From a virus, in IMG/VR virus record IMGVR_UViG_3300027985_001833, positions 1-64,000 of that record: a stretch of DNA of 64,000 nt; one strand, written 5' to 3'. Shown here one piece after another: positions 46,569-57,203 of this stretch. Below the pieces are notes generated by a model. That model was not told the DNA's origin. It searched no databases and saw only the letters and a program-made list of their open reading frames with translations. Within the stretch, counting starts at the first letter, position 1. Each line of letters opens with the position of its first letter. A program made the translations under genes and the position numbers.

Positions 46569-46945
46569 TATATCACCACCAATTTACCGTTTAGTTGCAA
46601 TGTTCCTTCGATTGTTGCTTTGTTATAAATTACGTATTGATAACCATCCGGAACAAGATAAATTATGCCACCGGGAACCTTTTCAGGAGAGAAAAACAAT
46701 GTAGACAAATTGACTCTGTTTGGATGGATTTGATCAAAAAATTGTAAATTACCATTATCGCGACAGTAGCCTACGGTTTCATCTCGCTCGCCGCTCTCTT
46801 GCACATATCCACCAGCGCTTTCAATAGCATCCACTTCAGGATCAATTGGGGTTGGCGAACCATAAACACCAGTGTGTGAATCCTGTCCGCCCAACTCTGT
46901 GCATTCTGTTTTGATTACTTGAACTCTGTCTACGCCGATAGCCAT
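46568..46945 (-). CDS. Hypothetical structural protein
   Basis: Coupled to its neighbours in the head-accessory block. Confidence 0.5.
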   Translation of the reverse strand: MAIGVDRVQVIKTECTELGGQDSHTGVYGSPTPIDPEVDAIESAGGYVQESGERDETVGYCRDNGNLQFFDQIHPNRVNLSTLFFSPEKVPGGIIYLVPDGYQYVIYNKATIEGTLQLNGKLVVI

Positions 46946-46948
46946 TGA

Positions 46949-48217
46949 TTATGCAGCCTTGCGTCCAACGTAATATGGATGCACTTCAAGATCAGTAGCG
47001 TTTTTCGCTGTTCCAACAAAAATCACATGGTTTCCAGCCGAGATAGAACCATAGGCAACTAACCCACCAGTGTCACCAACGAAATATCGATCACCAACGG
47101 TTGCACCGCTGATCACCCCGACCGCTACGCCACGACGAATACAGGTCCCGGTTGAACTAGCTGAAATACCACCAGATTCTTCAACTACCGCCATACAATC
47201 AACTTTGCTATTAACGCTTGCTTGACATTTTTGAACTTCATCGTTTGCACCTCCCCATTCAACCGGATCACCTTGTGCTAAAGATTCATATGCAGTCAAT
47301 TCGTCTTCAAGTCTATTTGCTGCTGTTGCTGAGTGCGTGTGAAGCGAATCTGCGTTTGATGATGAACCTGCAGTTAACGTATTTAGATTAGCAGCGGTCA
47401 CATTTGCACTAACCGCGACACTATTAATCTCAAACAACGATGGCAAACCCTGAACGCTCAATCCGCTTGCTCCCTTTGCCAAGGTTGTGCCGTCGAGTTG
47501 GACTGAAAGCTTATTACTATCGAAATATAAAGCTGGATTGGTTGTCGCTAAATCAACCGATATAACACCAGATGAAATATCAATGCCATTTCCACCTGTA
47601 TAAGTTCCTGGACCTTGTGTTTGAGTAAAATCAATGGCCGTTGTATCTACGGTTATTGGATCATTGGTAACAACGGTCCAAGTCGTGTTATCAAGCGTTG
47701 TACCCTCGGAAACCCATGTGTGTGCACCCGCTGTCACTTCGCTATCGTTGTCGAAATCCACGGCTCTAGTCAATATCCATGGAGTTCCTGCATCGCCAAC
47801 TTGTGTCAACGTATAAATTCCATGATCCACATGGGCCCCGCCTGAATTCTCATCTTTGACCAAAAATCTATCATTGAGCGATAATGACACGCCATCAGAA
47901 TTGGATGAACTCCAAGCCCCATTGGCATCAGCAGTAAGAGTTTTCCCTACGCCTGAACCTGAAGCCGTGTACGATGGCAGTGCGCTTGTGGTTGCTGCTC
48001 GAACCGAAGCTTTCGGCGTGGCACCGGCCGCAACGGCATCTACGTATTCTTTTGATGCTGCTGCCGTGGCAGAGGGAACTGATGGAAGCCCTGTGATTTC
48101 ATTTGAATTCATCGTGATGTTCCCAGAGACATCAATCCCGCCAAATTGCACCGTATCATTGGCGGCCATCTCTTCGCCACCCCATTCAGTCAAAAACATG
48201 GGTTTACGTAATGCCAT
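46949..48217 (-). CDS. Head fibre/decoration protein
   Basis: AASKEYVD, SVRAATT, DRFLVKD...GIY...LTRA.D; C-terminal cement-like domain. Confidence 0.65.
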   Translation of the reverse strand: MALRKPMFLTEWGGEEMAANDTVQFGGIDVSGNITMNSNEITGLPSVPSATAAASKEYVDAVAAGATPKASVRAATTSALPSYTASGSGVGKTLTADANGAWSSSNSDGVSLSLNDRFLVKDENSGGAHVDHGIYTLTQVGDAGTPWILTRAVDFDNDSEVTAGAHTWVSEGTTLDNTTWTVVTNDPITVDTTAIDFTQTQGPGTYTGGNGIDISSGVISVDLATTNPALYFDSNKLSVQLDGTTLAKGASGLSVQGLPSLFEINSVAVSANVTAANLNTLTAGSSSNADSLHTHSATAANRLEDELTAYESLAQGDPVEWGGANDEVQKCQASVNSKVDCMAVVEESGGISASSTGTCIRRGVAVGVISGATVGDRYFVGDTGGLVAYGSISAGNHVIFVGTAKNATDLEVHPYYVGRKAA

Positions 48218-48261
48218 ATTGTTTCCTCCAATTTTCGATCAATATCAAGTTAGTTTCTTTT

Positions 48262-48645
48262 TCATACATCGTCAACTATGGTAATTATACCAGTTTCGTC
48301 GTCATACGTCGATTTTTTAAAATCAATATCGTATTTTTTACCTAATTCGATAAATAATTGAATTTGTTGTTGCTTATATTCCTCAGCTCTTTTTTCTGCT
48401 GCCAAGGCTTCTTGACGTTGCGCTCTACAAGCCAATGTTGCATTAATTTCTATTTTCTCTGCTTCTAAGTGGCATTTTTGAGCATATCTGATCCTTTCTT
48501 CCGCTTTAATCCTTAAAAATTCAATTTCAAGTAGATCTTGTCTTGATAAAATTTTTAAATGTTGCGCCATTGGTACTTCATCTAAATTTTTCACCTTTTC
48601 AACCGTTAAAATTTGTTTTTTATTACCTTTTGATTTTGGCATCAT
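48262..48645 (-). CDS. Hypothetical coiled-coil protein
   Basis: ORF in the late operon. Confidence 0.5.
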   Translation of the reverse strand: MMPKSKGNKKQILTVEKVKNLDEVPMAQHLKILSRQDLLEIEFLRIKAEERIRYAQKCHLEAEKIEINATLACRAQRQEALAAEKRAEEYKQQQIQLFIELGKKYDIDFKKSTYDDETGIITIVDDV

Positions 48646-49253
48646 AAACTCCGTTTCACCATTTTTGTTTCATTAGTTAACCATAATACATCGCTGGCTA
48701 CAGGTTTGCCTATTCTTTGAACCATAACATATCCGTCAACTCCAATTGGTGGCAATCCCGATTGAATACCTGTTGTCCACAGATGATACGACGGTTTTGT
48801 GTAATCCAAATCTGTAAATATGGTACATGGTCCAAGCATTTGTATTACGCCCACTGTTGGTGTGGATTTCGAAACCAATACTCCGATTGCGGGCATTTTT
48901 GTTTCATCCATAGGATTGGCTTTTTCAATCCTCCATTTTCCATTTATACGATCACCACGAACGCAAACAAAATCCCCTATGGAATCACTACTCAAACAAG
49001 CAACTGGGTGATAAGCCACTCCAAATAATGCAAACAACGATGCATCGCCGCCATGGATAGATGCTGGATCATCGTGCCAATTTCCTATTCCATTGCCATG
49101 AATTATGCGTTTTAATTGACTTAAAAGTGCATGATTAAAATCTTTGAAATCAGTTGAAGTGGATTCAATATTTGCTATCTCGGATGCAGTTTTCTGATCA
49201 TCAAACTCATCTGGTTTGGCAATTTGTTTGAGTCTTTGTAATGATGGAGACAT
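48642..49253 (-). CDS. Decoration/cement-like protein
   Basis: GDFV...KA...PAIGV...VQRIG domain resembling the C-terminus of 46949..48217. Confidence 0.5.
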   Translation of the reverse strand: MSPSLQRLKQIAKPDEFDDQKTASEIANIESTSTDFKDFNHALLSQLKRIIHGNGIGNWHDDPASIHGGDASLFALFGVAYHPVACLSSDSIGDFVCVRGDRINGKWRIEKANPMDETKMPAIGVLVSKSTPTVGVIQMLGPCTIFTDLDYTKPSYHLWTTGIQSGLPPIGVDGYVMVQRIGKPVASDVLWLTNETKMVKRSL

Positions 49254-49256
49254 ATT

Positions 49257-49709
49257 TCACTCCACAGGATTATATCGTTGTTTGCCTATTTTATTCAAAG
49301 ATATTCGGATAGCAGGTTGATTAGCGTGCGCCATAACCACCATTTGCATATCGCCAAATGAGCAGACAATTTTCTCTCCACCGCGTAATCCTATGGACTC
49401 ATTAGCTGCTAAAATTTGTAATTTATATTCAACATTACCGAATACAGATGGTTTAGACAACGAATATTGGACACCGGCCTTGCATCCAATATCTTCGTTT
49501 GTACATCCGCAATTAGCGCAATGCACCTCTGCAACCTTGCCACAATGATCACATTTGGCTTTCACATTACATCTTTGGATAATTGTTATCCCGGTTATTG
49601 TGGATTGAAATTTTGGATCTGATAATTTTGGAAACCATTGTTTGGCGGTTTTTTCATCATTTAAATCTATTCTAACAGTTTGACCGTCTGATGTATGTAT
49701 TTTGAACAC
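49257..49709 (-). CDS. Hypothetical protein with double Zn ribbon (likely GTG start at 49709)
   Basis: CDHCG...CANCG; GAGGTG SD before the GTG. Confidence 0.55.
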   Translation of the reverse strand: MFKIHTSDGQTVRIDLNDEKTAKQWFPKLSDPKFQSTITGITIIQRCNVKAKCDHCGKVAEVHCANCGCTNEDIGCKAGVQYSLSKPSVFGNVEYKLQILAANESIGLRGGEKIVCSFGDMQMVVMAHANQPAIRISLNKIGKQRYNPVE

Positions 49710-49757
49710 ATTGCACCTCGTTGGGTCTACCAAATAAGGCGTGCAACTGAATTTGAT

Positions 49758-50075
49758 TTATTTGCTATCTTTTTTTTCTAAGGATTTTGGTTTGTCGTTT
49801 TGTTTATTCGATTTGTTTTCAACAATCAACCCTTTTTCTTGTGGTGATTTTTTGATTACAATTTTTTCAATAACCAAAACTTTAAACAAGCCAGAAACGT
49901 TATTTTTCAAAAACTCCAATTCTTTTGCTCCGATAAATTTAACCATTCCTGGAGCAAAATGCAACGCGCCCTTTCTTGTGGTTATTTTTGTTGGAAATTC
50001 CACTTGGATGGGTGGTTGGCCTGGTTGATATTGAATTGGTATTTTAAATTCCTTGTCTCTTCTGTCTTCATTCAT
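49758..50075 (-). CDS. Hypothetical protein
   Basis: Overlaps the upstream stop; SD present. Confidence 0.5.
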   Translation of the reverse strand: MNEDRRDKEFKIPIQYQPGQPPIQVEFPTKITTRKGALHFAPGMVKFIGAKELEFLKNNVSGLFKVLVIEKIVIKKSPQEKGLIVENKSNKQNDKPKSLEKKDSK

Positions 50076-50439
50076 TTTGCGCCTCCATGATATCAGAAAT
50101 CATATCATTTTTCAGCTCCGCGCCATCAAAAAAAAGGCCATATTTTGCACCCAATTTAATCAAATCTGCTTTTTTCATAGACTTTAATCTATCTGCTGAT
50201 AAAAAATCATCCTTGTGTTGGCTTTTTTCGTCAGCAGATTTTTCTTTGTTGTTTTCTATTGGCACAAAAATGGTTTTTTCTGGCTTTGACACGTGCCTAG
50301 TGACACTAAAATCACTCCTGCCCTCAAAATATTGTATGTCTTGTTCGTTTGTAATAATTCGTAATTGATTTAAAACAAATTTGTATTCAGCGTAATGATA
50401 TGAACAACCTTGAATTAATTTCACGCTAGCAGATGCCAT
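50068..50439 (-). CDS. Protein with C-terminal Rho-N/HeH-like helical motif
   Basis: LKSMKKADLIKLGAKYGL...KNDMISDI; directly after the MCP. Confidence 0.55.
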   Translation of the reverse strand: MASASVKLIQGCSYHYAEYKFVLNQLRIITNEQDIQYFEGRSDFSVTRHVSKPEKTIFVPIENNKEKSADEKSQHKDDFLSADRLKSMKKADLIKLGAKYGLFFDGAELKNDMISDIMEAQNE

Positions 50440-50486
50440 CTTTGGACCTCCAATTAATGGCTAATATTTTTGAATAAAATAACAGA

Positions 50487-51686
50487 TTAAACGCCAGTTC
50501 CAATGTTTTTTACATTCACAATAGCGGATGCCTCTTCGAAATTAGCATCTGCTTTTACTGTGATTGCGTATTGATTGACACCTTTGAAAATATCCCTTCC
50601 GCGTTCAATTCTTACATCGCGCCCAATTGCCACGATGAAATTACTCTCATGCGTGAGTATCATTTTAGGACTAGCGCTATAGGTCACTTTTACAGTATCG
50701 CCATCACCAATACTGCCACCAGCATCGCGAGCAATTGTCCCGGCGCTTGCGTCTAAAACATAATCCGTACCACTAACATACGGAGTTTGCGGCGGATATT
50801 TTGCCAAGGTGCTTGGCAAAACTACTACATCAGAGACATTAGCGTTTTTAAGTGTAACAGCAGTGGTTCCATTCAGTTGAACGTGCTCAACGTATGTAGG
50901 TTGAAGATTCCAAACAGGAACCTCGATGATTGGAATACCAAACGGCTTAACAAGCATGCCTTCTGCAGCAGCATCGCCAAGATTTGATGCCCTAGTGGCC
51001 ATCTTTTCATAGTATAACTGTGCTAGATCGGGAGACATAAAAAAACGCAAATTTTTCTTATTACGTCTGAATTTGGTTGGCATGGCGCGAATGGCCTTAC
51101 CAAAAATACCAAGGCCGATATTCGCTCCTGCGGCGTCAACTTGATTGCCTGATTCAGCAAGATATTGCCATCCATTCAAAAGGGCCAAATAGGTGTCCTT
51201 GATATATTGCGTAGTGCTTCCTCCATCAACAATATCACCTTCAATTGCCGCAGGACCCAAGGTGTTGCCGAGAATATACAATTCTTCAAGGTCATTTGCC
51301 AATTGTTTAGCAAACATTTTGATGATATGGTCTTCTACGTCATTCCCTTCCACATTGTGCTCAACAAAAGTGTCTCCAATTTCAACAGGGACCATAACCT
51401 CTTTGGGTTGCAGGGTAACTCTGGAAGTGGTAATGCCACGTCGCAAACCAGGATCAACTGCCTCTTCTTTTGGCATTGCTGCTCGTTGGCCAATACCAAT
51501 TTTTTCTACGTAAAGTTTTTCATTGCGAAATCGAACAGTTCTTGCACTTTTGGAGAGTACGGTCTCTTCAAAAACATAATCAAGAAATTTTTCGGCTTGC
51601 GCTGGATTCAATTTCCCTGCTGTTGCTAAAGATTCAGCAGTAATAACGGCTTTTTGAATCAATTCTTCGTTGCTAATTTTGTTCAT
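50487..51686 (-). CDS. Major capsid protein (XkdG/P2 gpN-like HK97 fold)
   Basis: GKLNPAQA.KF, KIGIG.R, EHNVEG, ANDLEEL...G, AMP.KF, ILTH.SN. Confidence 0.9.
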   Translation of the reverse strand: MNKISNEELIQKAVITAESLATAGKLNPAQAEKFLDYVFEETVLSKSARTVRFRNEKLYVEKIGIGQRAAMPKEEAVDPGLRRGITTSRVTLQPKEVMVPVEIGDTFVEHNVEGNDVEDHIIKMFAKQLANDLEELYILGNTLGPAAIEGDIVDGGSTTQYIKDTYLALLNGWQYLAESGNQVDAAGANIGLGIFGKAIRAMPTKFRRNKKNLRFFMSPDLAQLYYEKMATRASNLGDAAAEGMLVKPFGIPIIEVPVWNLQPTYVEHVQLNGTTAVTLKNANVSDVVVLPSTLAKYPPQTPYVSGTDYVLDASAGTIARDAGGSIGDGDTVKVTYSASPKMILTHESNFIVAIGRDVRIERGRDIFKGVNQYAITVKADANFEEASAIVNVKNIGTGV

Positions 51687-51722
51687 TTTGTTTTGCTCCT
51701 TACGATTGCAAATTTATAATCA

Positions 51723-52889
51723 TTAATTAAAAAGCACTCCGCTCCATAGTGATTTTGTTATTTTCTTATCTTCACTGTCAGTTTCATTATCTCCAATTGA
51801 TCTGGGAGCAGCTTTAGTCATCATTTCCTCCACACGTTTATCAATCTTTTCTACACGTTTGGTTAGATTCTCAACCAATTCATCCAACTTGGTCGCCGTT
51901 GGGTTGCTATTTTCATTTTTTTCTGTTTTTTCAATTTTATCTATTTTGGCCACAGTTGCTGACTCGGTTGTTTTTTGAGTAAGCGTCGAAAGCATTCCTT
52001 GAATTGATTCAACTGCTTTGGTTAGATTCTCAACTCTGTCCGGGGACAATGCTTTAGCACGGGTAATAGCGTTTTCAAGTTCGTCCAAGGTGGAAAGTTT
52101 ATTGCATTGGACTTCAACCTCATTTTCAATAACTTTTTTTTCATCCCCAATCGTTGCGGTAGATTCATCCTTTTTATCAGCGTCTAACGATTTAGCAATT
52201 TCCGAAACGCTGTTTGCAACTTTTTCCATAGCTTTTAAAACGTCTTCATTACTTGTTGCTTCAATAGTTTCATCACCTTTGTTTTCATTTTTTTCAATAA
52301 CAGTAGCAACATCTTTCACTTCATCAGATTGTTTTGTTTTGTCCATTGGCTTTTCCTCCATTGTTTTGCTCTTAATTACATCAAATAACATAAGATTTGC
52401 CGGCATATCCACTACGGATATTTCCTCTACGAAAATTTCCGTCAATTCTCTTTTGGGTTGTATATCTGTACTTTTTTCCAACATTTTGGCTCTTGCTCTA
52501 CCGCCGATGGAAAATCCTGTAATTGCGCCATCCTTAATCTTTTTCCAAATATCATCATCCAACACTTTGACTTGTATAATCCAACTGCCTTTTTTGATCT
52601 TTTTAGTGCCTATCGCAATATCTGATTTCGTAATATATGATTGCCTTAGTTGAAAAGACTTATCGAATAATGAATGTTGAACTCCTAATTTAGTTAATTC
52701 ATTGTATTTAGTTAAAAAATTTGCTCCCGCTTCTTCGATCACCCCTTCCTTGATTATTATATCACCATGTGCATCCACTATATGCGGAGCTAACACAACT
52801 CCTTCAATAATTCTTGCGTCTTTAGATTTTTCAATTGGTATATTCCAAGCAACATTTTCATCATGCTGATCATAAATATTTAATGACAT
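51723..52889 (-). CDS. XkdF-like prohead protease fused to scaffold
   Basis: GVVLAP..VDAHGD, GVQH, KGSW, W..IKDG.ITGFSIGG, EISVVD.PAN; coiled-coil C-terminal half. Confidence 0.88.
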   Translation of the reverse strand: MSLNIYDQHDENVAWNIPIEKSKDARIIEGVVLAPHIVDAHGDIIIKEGVIEEAGANFLTKYNELTKLGVQHSLFDKSFQLRQSYITKSDIAIGTKKIKKGSWIIQVKVLDDDIWKKIKDGAITGFSIGGRARAKMLEKSTDIQPKRELTEIFVEEISVVDMPANLMLFDVIKSKTMEEKPMDKTKQSDEVKDVATVIEKNENKGDETIEATSNEDVLKAMEKVANSVSEIAKSLDADKKDESTATIGDEKKVIENEVEVQCNKLSTLDELENAITRAKALSPDRVENLTKAVESIQGMLSTLTQKTTESATVAKIDKIEKTEKNENSNPTATKLDELVENLTKRVEKIDKRVEEMMTKAAPRSIGDNETDSEDKKITKSLWSGVLFN

Positions 52890-52992
52890 CCTAATCTCCC
52901 GAAGAATAAATGTCTGTTGTTTAGATTACCTTATGTTTGTTAATCAAGGAAGATTTTCAGAATACGCTGGATGATCATCAATTACCATAGAA

Positions 52993-54033
52993 CTACTTGC
53001 CCAAACTAGTTACATCAACATCTATGGTGCATCTGCATTTATAATGATACGGTGGCAAAGCCAAACCAGCTTTGACTAAAGCAGCTGAATCCTTGATACC
53101 AATTTTCCCAGCAATATATCCTGGCGTAGAAGAAATTGCCATTATCTGCGCAGCCGTCATCCAGGGTTGAATTTGTTTAACATCTTCAGGTTTTTTAGCG
53201 GCAATTATTGCGTCCATTTGATATAAACCATCTTGAACAGAGAACGTCTTACCCTCTAAATGACCACAACGCGGACAAGTTCTGTTATCTCCAGGATTTA
53301 CAATTGTATATTGCGTGACTCCAACTTCTTGAAAGCTACGCAATTGGGAAAACACCCTGGATGTGGTGGTCACATTTGCTGCAAATCCTTCAAAATATTG
53401 CTTAGCTGTACCGTTGAAACCGCCTGGAACGCTAATGTTCTGTGATACCTCTTTGAGTCTCTCTTGCAACAGCTTGCCCGCAAGGGCGGTATTTTTACCC
53501 GCTTCCAAAACGGTCTCTTTGACAGTCGTAACAACCGTGGCCAATACGTTTTCGTCATAATGTGAGCCAATCCAATACAATTGATGTTCTTTAATTGCTT
53601 CAATAGCTCCATAATCAATCAAATCATAAACCGGCAAGATGCTCGCCTTGGCTTTGGCAACCGGTTCAAATTTAGGTGTTCCGTATCTCAAAGAACTATT
53701 GATTGTTCTGGTTGCTTTTTTGTATCCAACATCCCTGCCTAATCGATAAACATTCTTTAATTCTTGAGTAACAACTTTGGAAACAGGCGCGGCCCAAGAG
53801 TTGTATATCTTGTTTAATTCTTCTATTATAGCATTAGATTTTTTGCCATTTTTTACCATCGAAGAAGCTTTGTTGATGGCTCGTGCGGAAACTTCGTTCC
53901 ATTTGTTATTCATATATGAACGCATTCGCTTTTCTTTTCTTGCCATAGATGATAACTCAGAAATTTTGAGCGCTTTAGCGATCATATCGTCAAATAAATA
54001 CGAAGCAATATAATTTTGCTCCAAATTATTCAT
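52993..54033 (-). CDS. Head morphogenesis protein (Mu gpF/SPP1 gp7-like)
   Basis: DNRTCPRC..L.G, PPYHYKCRC; likely start MNNLEQ at 54033. Confidence 0.85.
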   Translation of the reverse strand: MNNLEQNYIASYLFDDMIAKALKISELSSMARKEKRMRSYMNNKWNEVSARAINKASSMVKNGKKSNAIIEELNKIYNSWAAPVSKVVTQELKNVYRLGRDVGYKKATRTINSSLRYGTPKFEPVAKAKASILPVYDLIDYGAIEAIKEHQLYWIGSHYDENVLATVVTTVKETVLEAGKNTALAGKLLQERLKEVSQNISVPGGFNGTAKQYFEGFAANVTTTSRVFSQLRSFQEVGVTQYTIVNPGDNRTCPRCGHLEGKTFSVQDGLYQMDAIIAAKKPEDVKQIQPWMTAAQIMAISSTPGYIAGKIGIKDSAALVKAGLALPPYHYKCRCTIDVDVTSLGK

Positions 54034-55699
54034 GATCGTGTGTTTCGTCCATATCGCTAGACCACTTTTCTTCCACAAAAGTTCTGGCTTTCAACAAGAA
54101 ATCGATAAAAGCATTATCATCGTTATCATTGTTATACAATGACTTTAAAGCTGTTATTTGTTGGCCTGGCTCCGAAGGTTCTGCTAAATTTTTCACAGCT
54201 TTTGCCATAGTCATCGAAAACGGAACATCAGGGTTAAAATCATCAGGAAATGGGGGCAATTCCATTCCAAGTATATCTTGTAGCAAAATCCTTGCTATTT
54301 TAGGAGTCATACCACCGGTCTTTTCTGCTCCAGCAAGAATTTTAACCAAATTTTGATTATCTGTTGTATTTGGCGTATTTGTTCTAAAAGTGTGATAAAT
54401 TATACCCATATGCGGAAACATAATTCTATTTATGAATTCATCTTCAGAATTTCTTTCTGGTGAAAAAATTTGTTCGTCGGCCAAAATCCTGCTGCTATCC
54501 GCCGTGGCTCTAGTATAATCGTCTGCGTTTCCAACAAAAATTGGTGGCAAACGAAAAGATCTTCTGATGTTTTCCTTGGCATTTTTACTATAATTTTGAA
54601 AAAGTGCATCTTTGTGTTGATTATTTGTCAACGGTTTGATATCTATTTTCATTTGTCCACCGTCTTCGCCTTCAACCAAACCTTCCGCCTCTAATAACAA
54701 AAATTTACTATAATCGTTTGAACCTTTTATTGATTCAGCATATTCTTGAATCCTTTGTATCGAGGCTTCATTCAATTGACCGTTTGAGACTGCAATAATC
54801 ATCGATGGAACGTTGTTGTTCTTGAATGTTATAAAATTAATTTCTTCTGCTGCTCTCAAACCGTATATGGATAACAATTGCCCTATGATTCTAGGCAATC
54901 CATATGGTGTTCGTGGTGAATAAATTTTTCTATGGACTATTTCAGTGGCTCTTTTCTCCATTGGCGTATTATCATCATATTCACCGGTATCACAATTCAT
55001 GATTCTAGGATCACCAAATTCTTTGAACCATACAGTTTTATAACTTGTGCTGGTTGTGATATTACTTGTAGTCCTAAAATTTCTTGATTGAACATATTTT
55101 CTGAATTTTCGAGCTTGCTTAATAGTTTTTAATTTCACAGAGCCATCTGTTTGAAGTTCAAGGATTGGACGATCATATGTGTAAGGTGTTTCTTCTAATT
55201 TCCCCAACAAAACTTGATAACTGGGTATGTGAGCAAATGATTGAACGTTATTTATACCATCTCTTATCACCTCATAGTATGAATTGCCTGTAGACTCCAA
55301 GTCCTTTCGCAATTTCCTCCTGAAATCGGTATAAGATTCATCAGTACAATATCCAAAAAAATTATCCAAAAAAACTTTCTCTTCTGATGCTAATTTGGCA
55401 AGTTTTTTACCATTTTCCGGGACAATTCTGGAAACAAATCTGTATCCGAATCCAACGATATTCACCTCCATGGCATCGAGGCAAGGCGTCAATTCGGTGT
55501 TTTGTTCTTGAAGCGTGGCCAAAGTCAGCATATCAAATGGCGGCGGAATCACCTTCCCTTCGCTAATTAATGTGGCAAAGGGCTCATCTTCAATTTTTTT
55601 GCTTTTTCCAGGCGAGGGAATGGGTTCACTAGCCTTATTGATATCTACAATTGTGGTTTTTATACCACGCAACAATTTTTTGTCCATATCACCCTCCAA
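54026..55699 (-). CDS. Portal protein (PBSX family)
   Basis: DLESTGNSY.EVIRD, YGLP, F.NNNVP, FRLPP..VG...Y.RATA. Confidence 0.9.
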   Translation of the reverse strand: MEGDMDKKLLRGIKTTIVDINKASEPIPSPGKSKKIEDEPFATLISEGKVIPPPFDMLTLATLQEQNTELTPCLDAMEVNIVGFGYRFVSRIVPENGKKLAKLASEEKVFLDNFFGYCTDESYTDFRRKLRKDLESTGNSYYEVIRDGINNVQSFAHIPSYQVLLGKLEETPYTYDRPILELQTDGSVKLKTIKQARKFRKYVQSRNFRTTSNITTSTSYKTVWFKEFGDPRIMNCDTGEYDDNTPMEKRATEIVHRKIYSPRTPYGLPRIIGQLLSIYGLRAAEEINFITFKNNNVPSMIIAVSNGQLNEASIQRIQEYAESIKGSNDYSKFLLLEAEGLVEGEDGGQMKIDIKPLTNNQHKDALFQNYSKNAKENIRRSFRLPPIFVGNADDYTRATADSSRILADEQIFSPERNSEDEFINRIMFPHMGIIYHTFRTNTPNTTDNQNLVKILAGAEKTGGMTPKIARILLQDILGMELPPFPDDFNPDVPFSMTMAKAVKNLAEPSEPGQQITALKSLYNNDNDDNAFIDFLLKARTFVEEKWSSDMDETHDHE

Positions 55700-57203
55700 T
55701 TAATCCTGGTTCTATTGTTCTTTTTTTACGTTTTTTTCTCAATGATGCCGTTATTGCAATATTGTATGCATCAAATAAATCTTTTGGGCCATTGGGGAAA
55801 AGAACAAATCTTTCAATTGCAATATGCACTCTTGGCGTTTTTACAAAAAACACTTTTTTGTCTTCAAAATCAGACGATAATTTCCAAGCACTTGTAATTT
55901 TGTCTTTTAAAGTTGTAATCGGCATAACTGGTACTCTGATTTTGTTTTCTATTGCCGTATTTTCTGCATTATGGTATTCTTCTTCATATTTCAGATTTTG
56001 TATTTGTGCTTCTTGATATGCATTGGATTCAATGCCTATTCTGATCGGATTGAATCTTTCATTGAAATCTAATATTTTCTTGGTTTGCGTATTGAATCTA
56101 TAATGCCCCTCTAAATAATCTAAAAAATAACGATTAAGTTGTTGATCAATTCCAACTGCTACAATTGCAAACAAATTAGCAGTTTCTGATTGTTTAATTG
56201 CTAAATCAACGCCAACATAAATTCTTAGATCTTTTGGGACATCAGAAAATTCTATTAACTGACAATCATCATATTGAAATATTTCGCCCTTCATGGCTTC
56301 GGTATCGCACATGTATTGTGTATTAAATATGATTAATCCAGATTTTTTTCTTTTTTCATGAAACCATTCAGGCGGATATTTTTCGTGCCAAGGCGATTGC
56401 CCTTTTTCATTCAAAGCTTTGATCACTTGGTGGTGATTTTCCAATTCACCTTTAATAAGATGTCCATACAAATCTTCGTAGTGATATCTAGTACCCAATC
56501 TGTGAAATTCGCCTCTGTGTTCTACTTCTGGATCAGGTGGTTCCAAAGTTGGTTCTAAAGTTTTGTAATACCAAGTTTGCGTCTTTTTACGCATGTGCTC
56601 GGTTCTTGAATTTTCTTCATCGATCAAGTCATCACCAATTATAACGTCATAGTGCTTGCTGACAATAGTTGCGTCCACACCAACGCAAGTAACTGATGCT
56701 TCTTTGGCATTATGCGTCCTTGGCAACACCTCAATCTCTTTGTTATCCCACTTGTTAACCTTCCTTGGATCATAATATTCACCAAATATCTCAGTTAATA
56801 ATTCATTGGATTCGAAATGGCCCTTAATTTCTTTCAAAAAACCTTCTGCATTTGGTGCCGTTTTACTAGCAATCAAAATCCTGATATTTGGATTTTTTAA
56901 AAGTAGATGAATAGTTTTAGCTACTGTGCATGTAGTGCTTTTTCCGGCGCCACGAAACGCTAATTGCAAATTATCTGGATGCTGAAATTGATAAATCATC
57001 ATAGATAGGTGATATGGCTTAACGATGTAATTCAAAATCTGTGTAGCCAAAATATCTATTCTGTTGTGTTTTAAAACTTGTTTACGAATCCATTGTTTTT
57101 TTAATTTATCACAATCCTTGATATCTCTGATGATTTCAGAACGCTCTTTGCGACCTGTACGGATGTGGTTTTCTAAATCAGGATCAAATAACACAGTTTG
57201 CAT
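55689..57203 (-). CDS. terL: Terminase large subunit
   Basis: FRGAGKST Walker A, IIGDDLID, GTRYH..DL, GVDLA, IESNAYQ, DLFDA. Confidence 0.93.
   Translation of the reverse strand: MQTVLFDPDLENHIRTGRKERSEIIRDIKDCDKLKKQWIRKQVLKHNRIDILATQILNYIVKPYHLSMMIYQFQHPDNLQLAFRGAGKSTTCTVAKTIHLLLKNPNIRILIASKTAPNAEGFLKEIKGHFESNELLTEIFGEYYDPRKVNKWDNKEIEVLPRTHNAKEASVTCVGVDATIVSKHYDVIIGDDLIDEENSRTEHMRKKTQTWYYKTLEPTLEPPDPEVEHRGEFHRLGTRYHYEDLYGHLIKGELENHHQVIKALNEKGQSPWHEKYPPEWFHEKRKKSGLIIFNTQYMCDTEAMKGEIFQYDDCQLIEFSDVPKDLRIYVGVDLAIKQSETANLFAIVAVGIDQQLNRYFLDYLEGHYRFNTQTKKILDFNERFNPIRIGIESNAYQEAQIQNLKYEEEYHNAENTAIENKIRVPVMPITTLKDKITSAWKLSSDFEDKKVFFVKTPRVHIAIERFVLFPNGPKDLFDAYNIAITASLRKKRKKRTIEPGLIGG

Noticed and set aside
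49257-50075. Stop-codon readthrough between two in-frame ORFs separated by one TAA
   Set aside because: The downstream ORF has its own GAGGTG SD and GTG start at 49709
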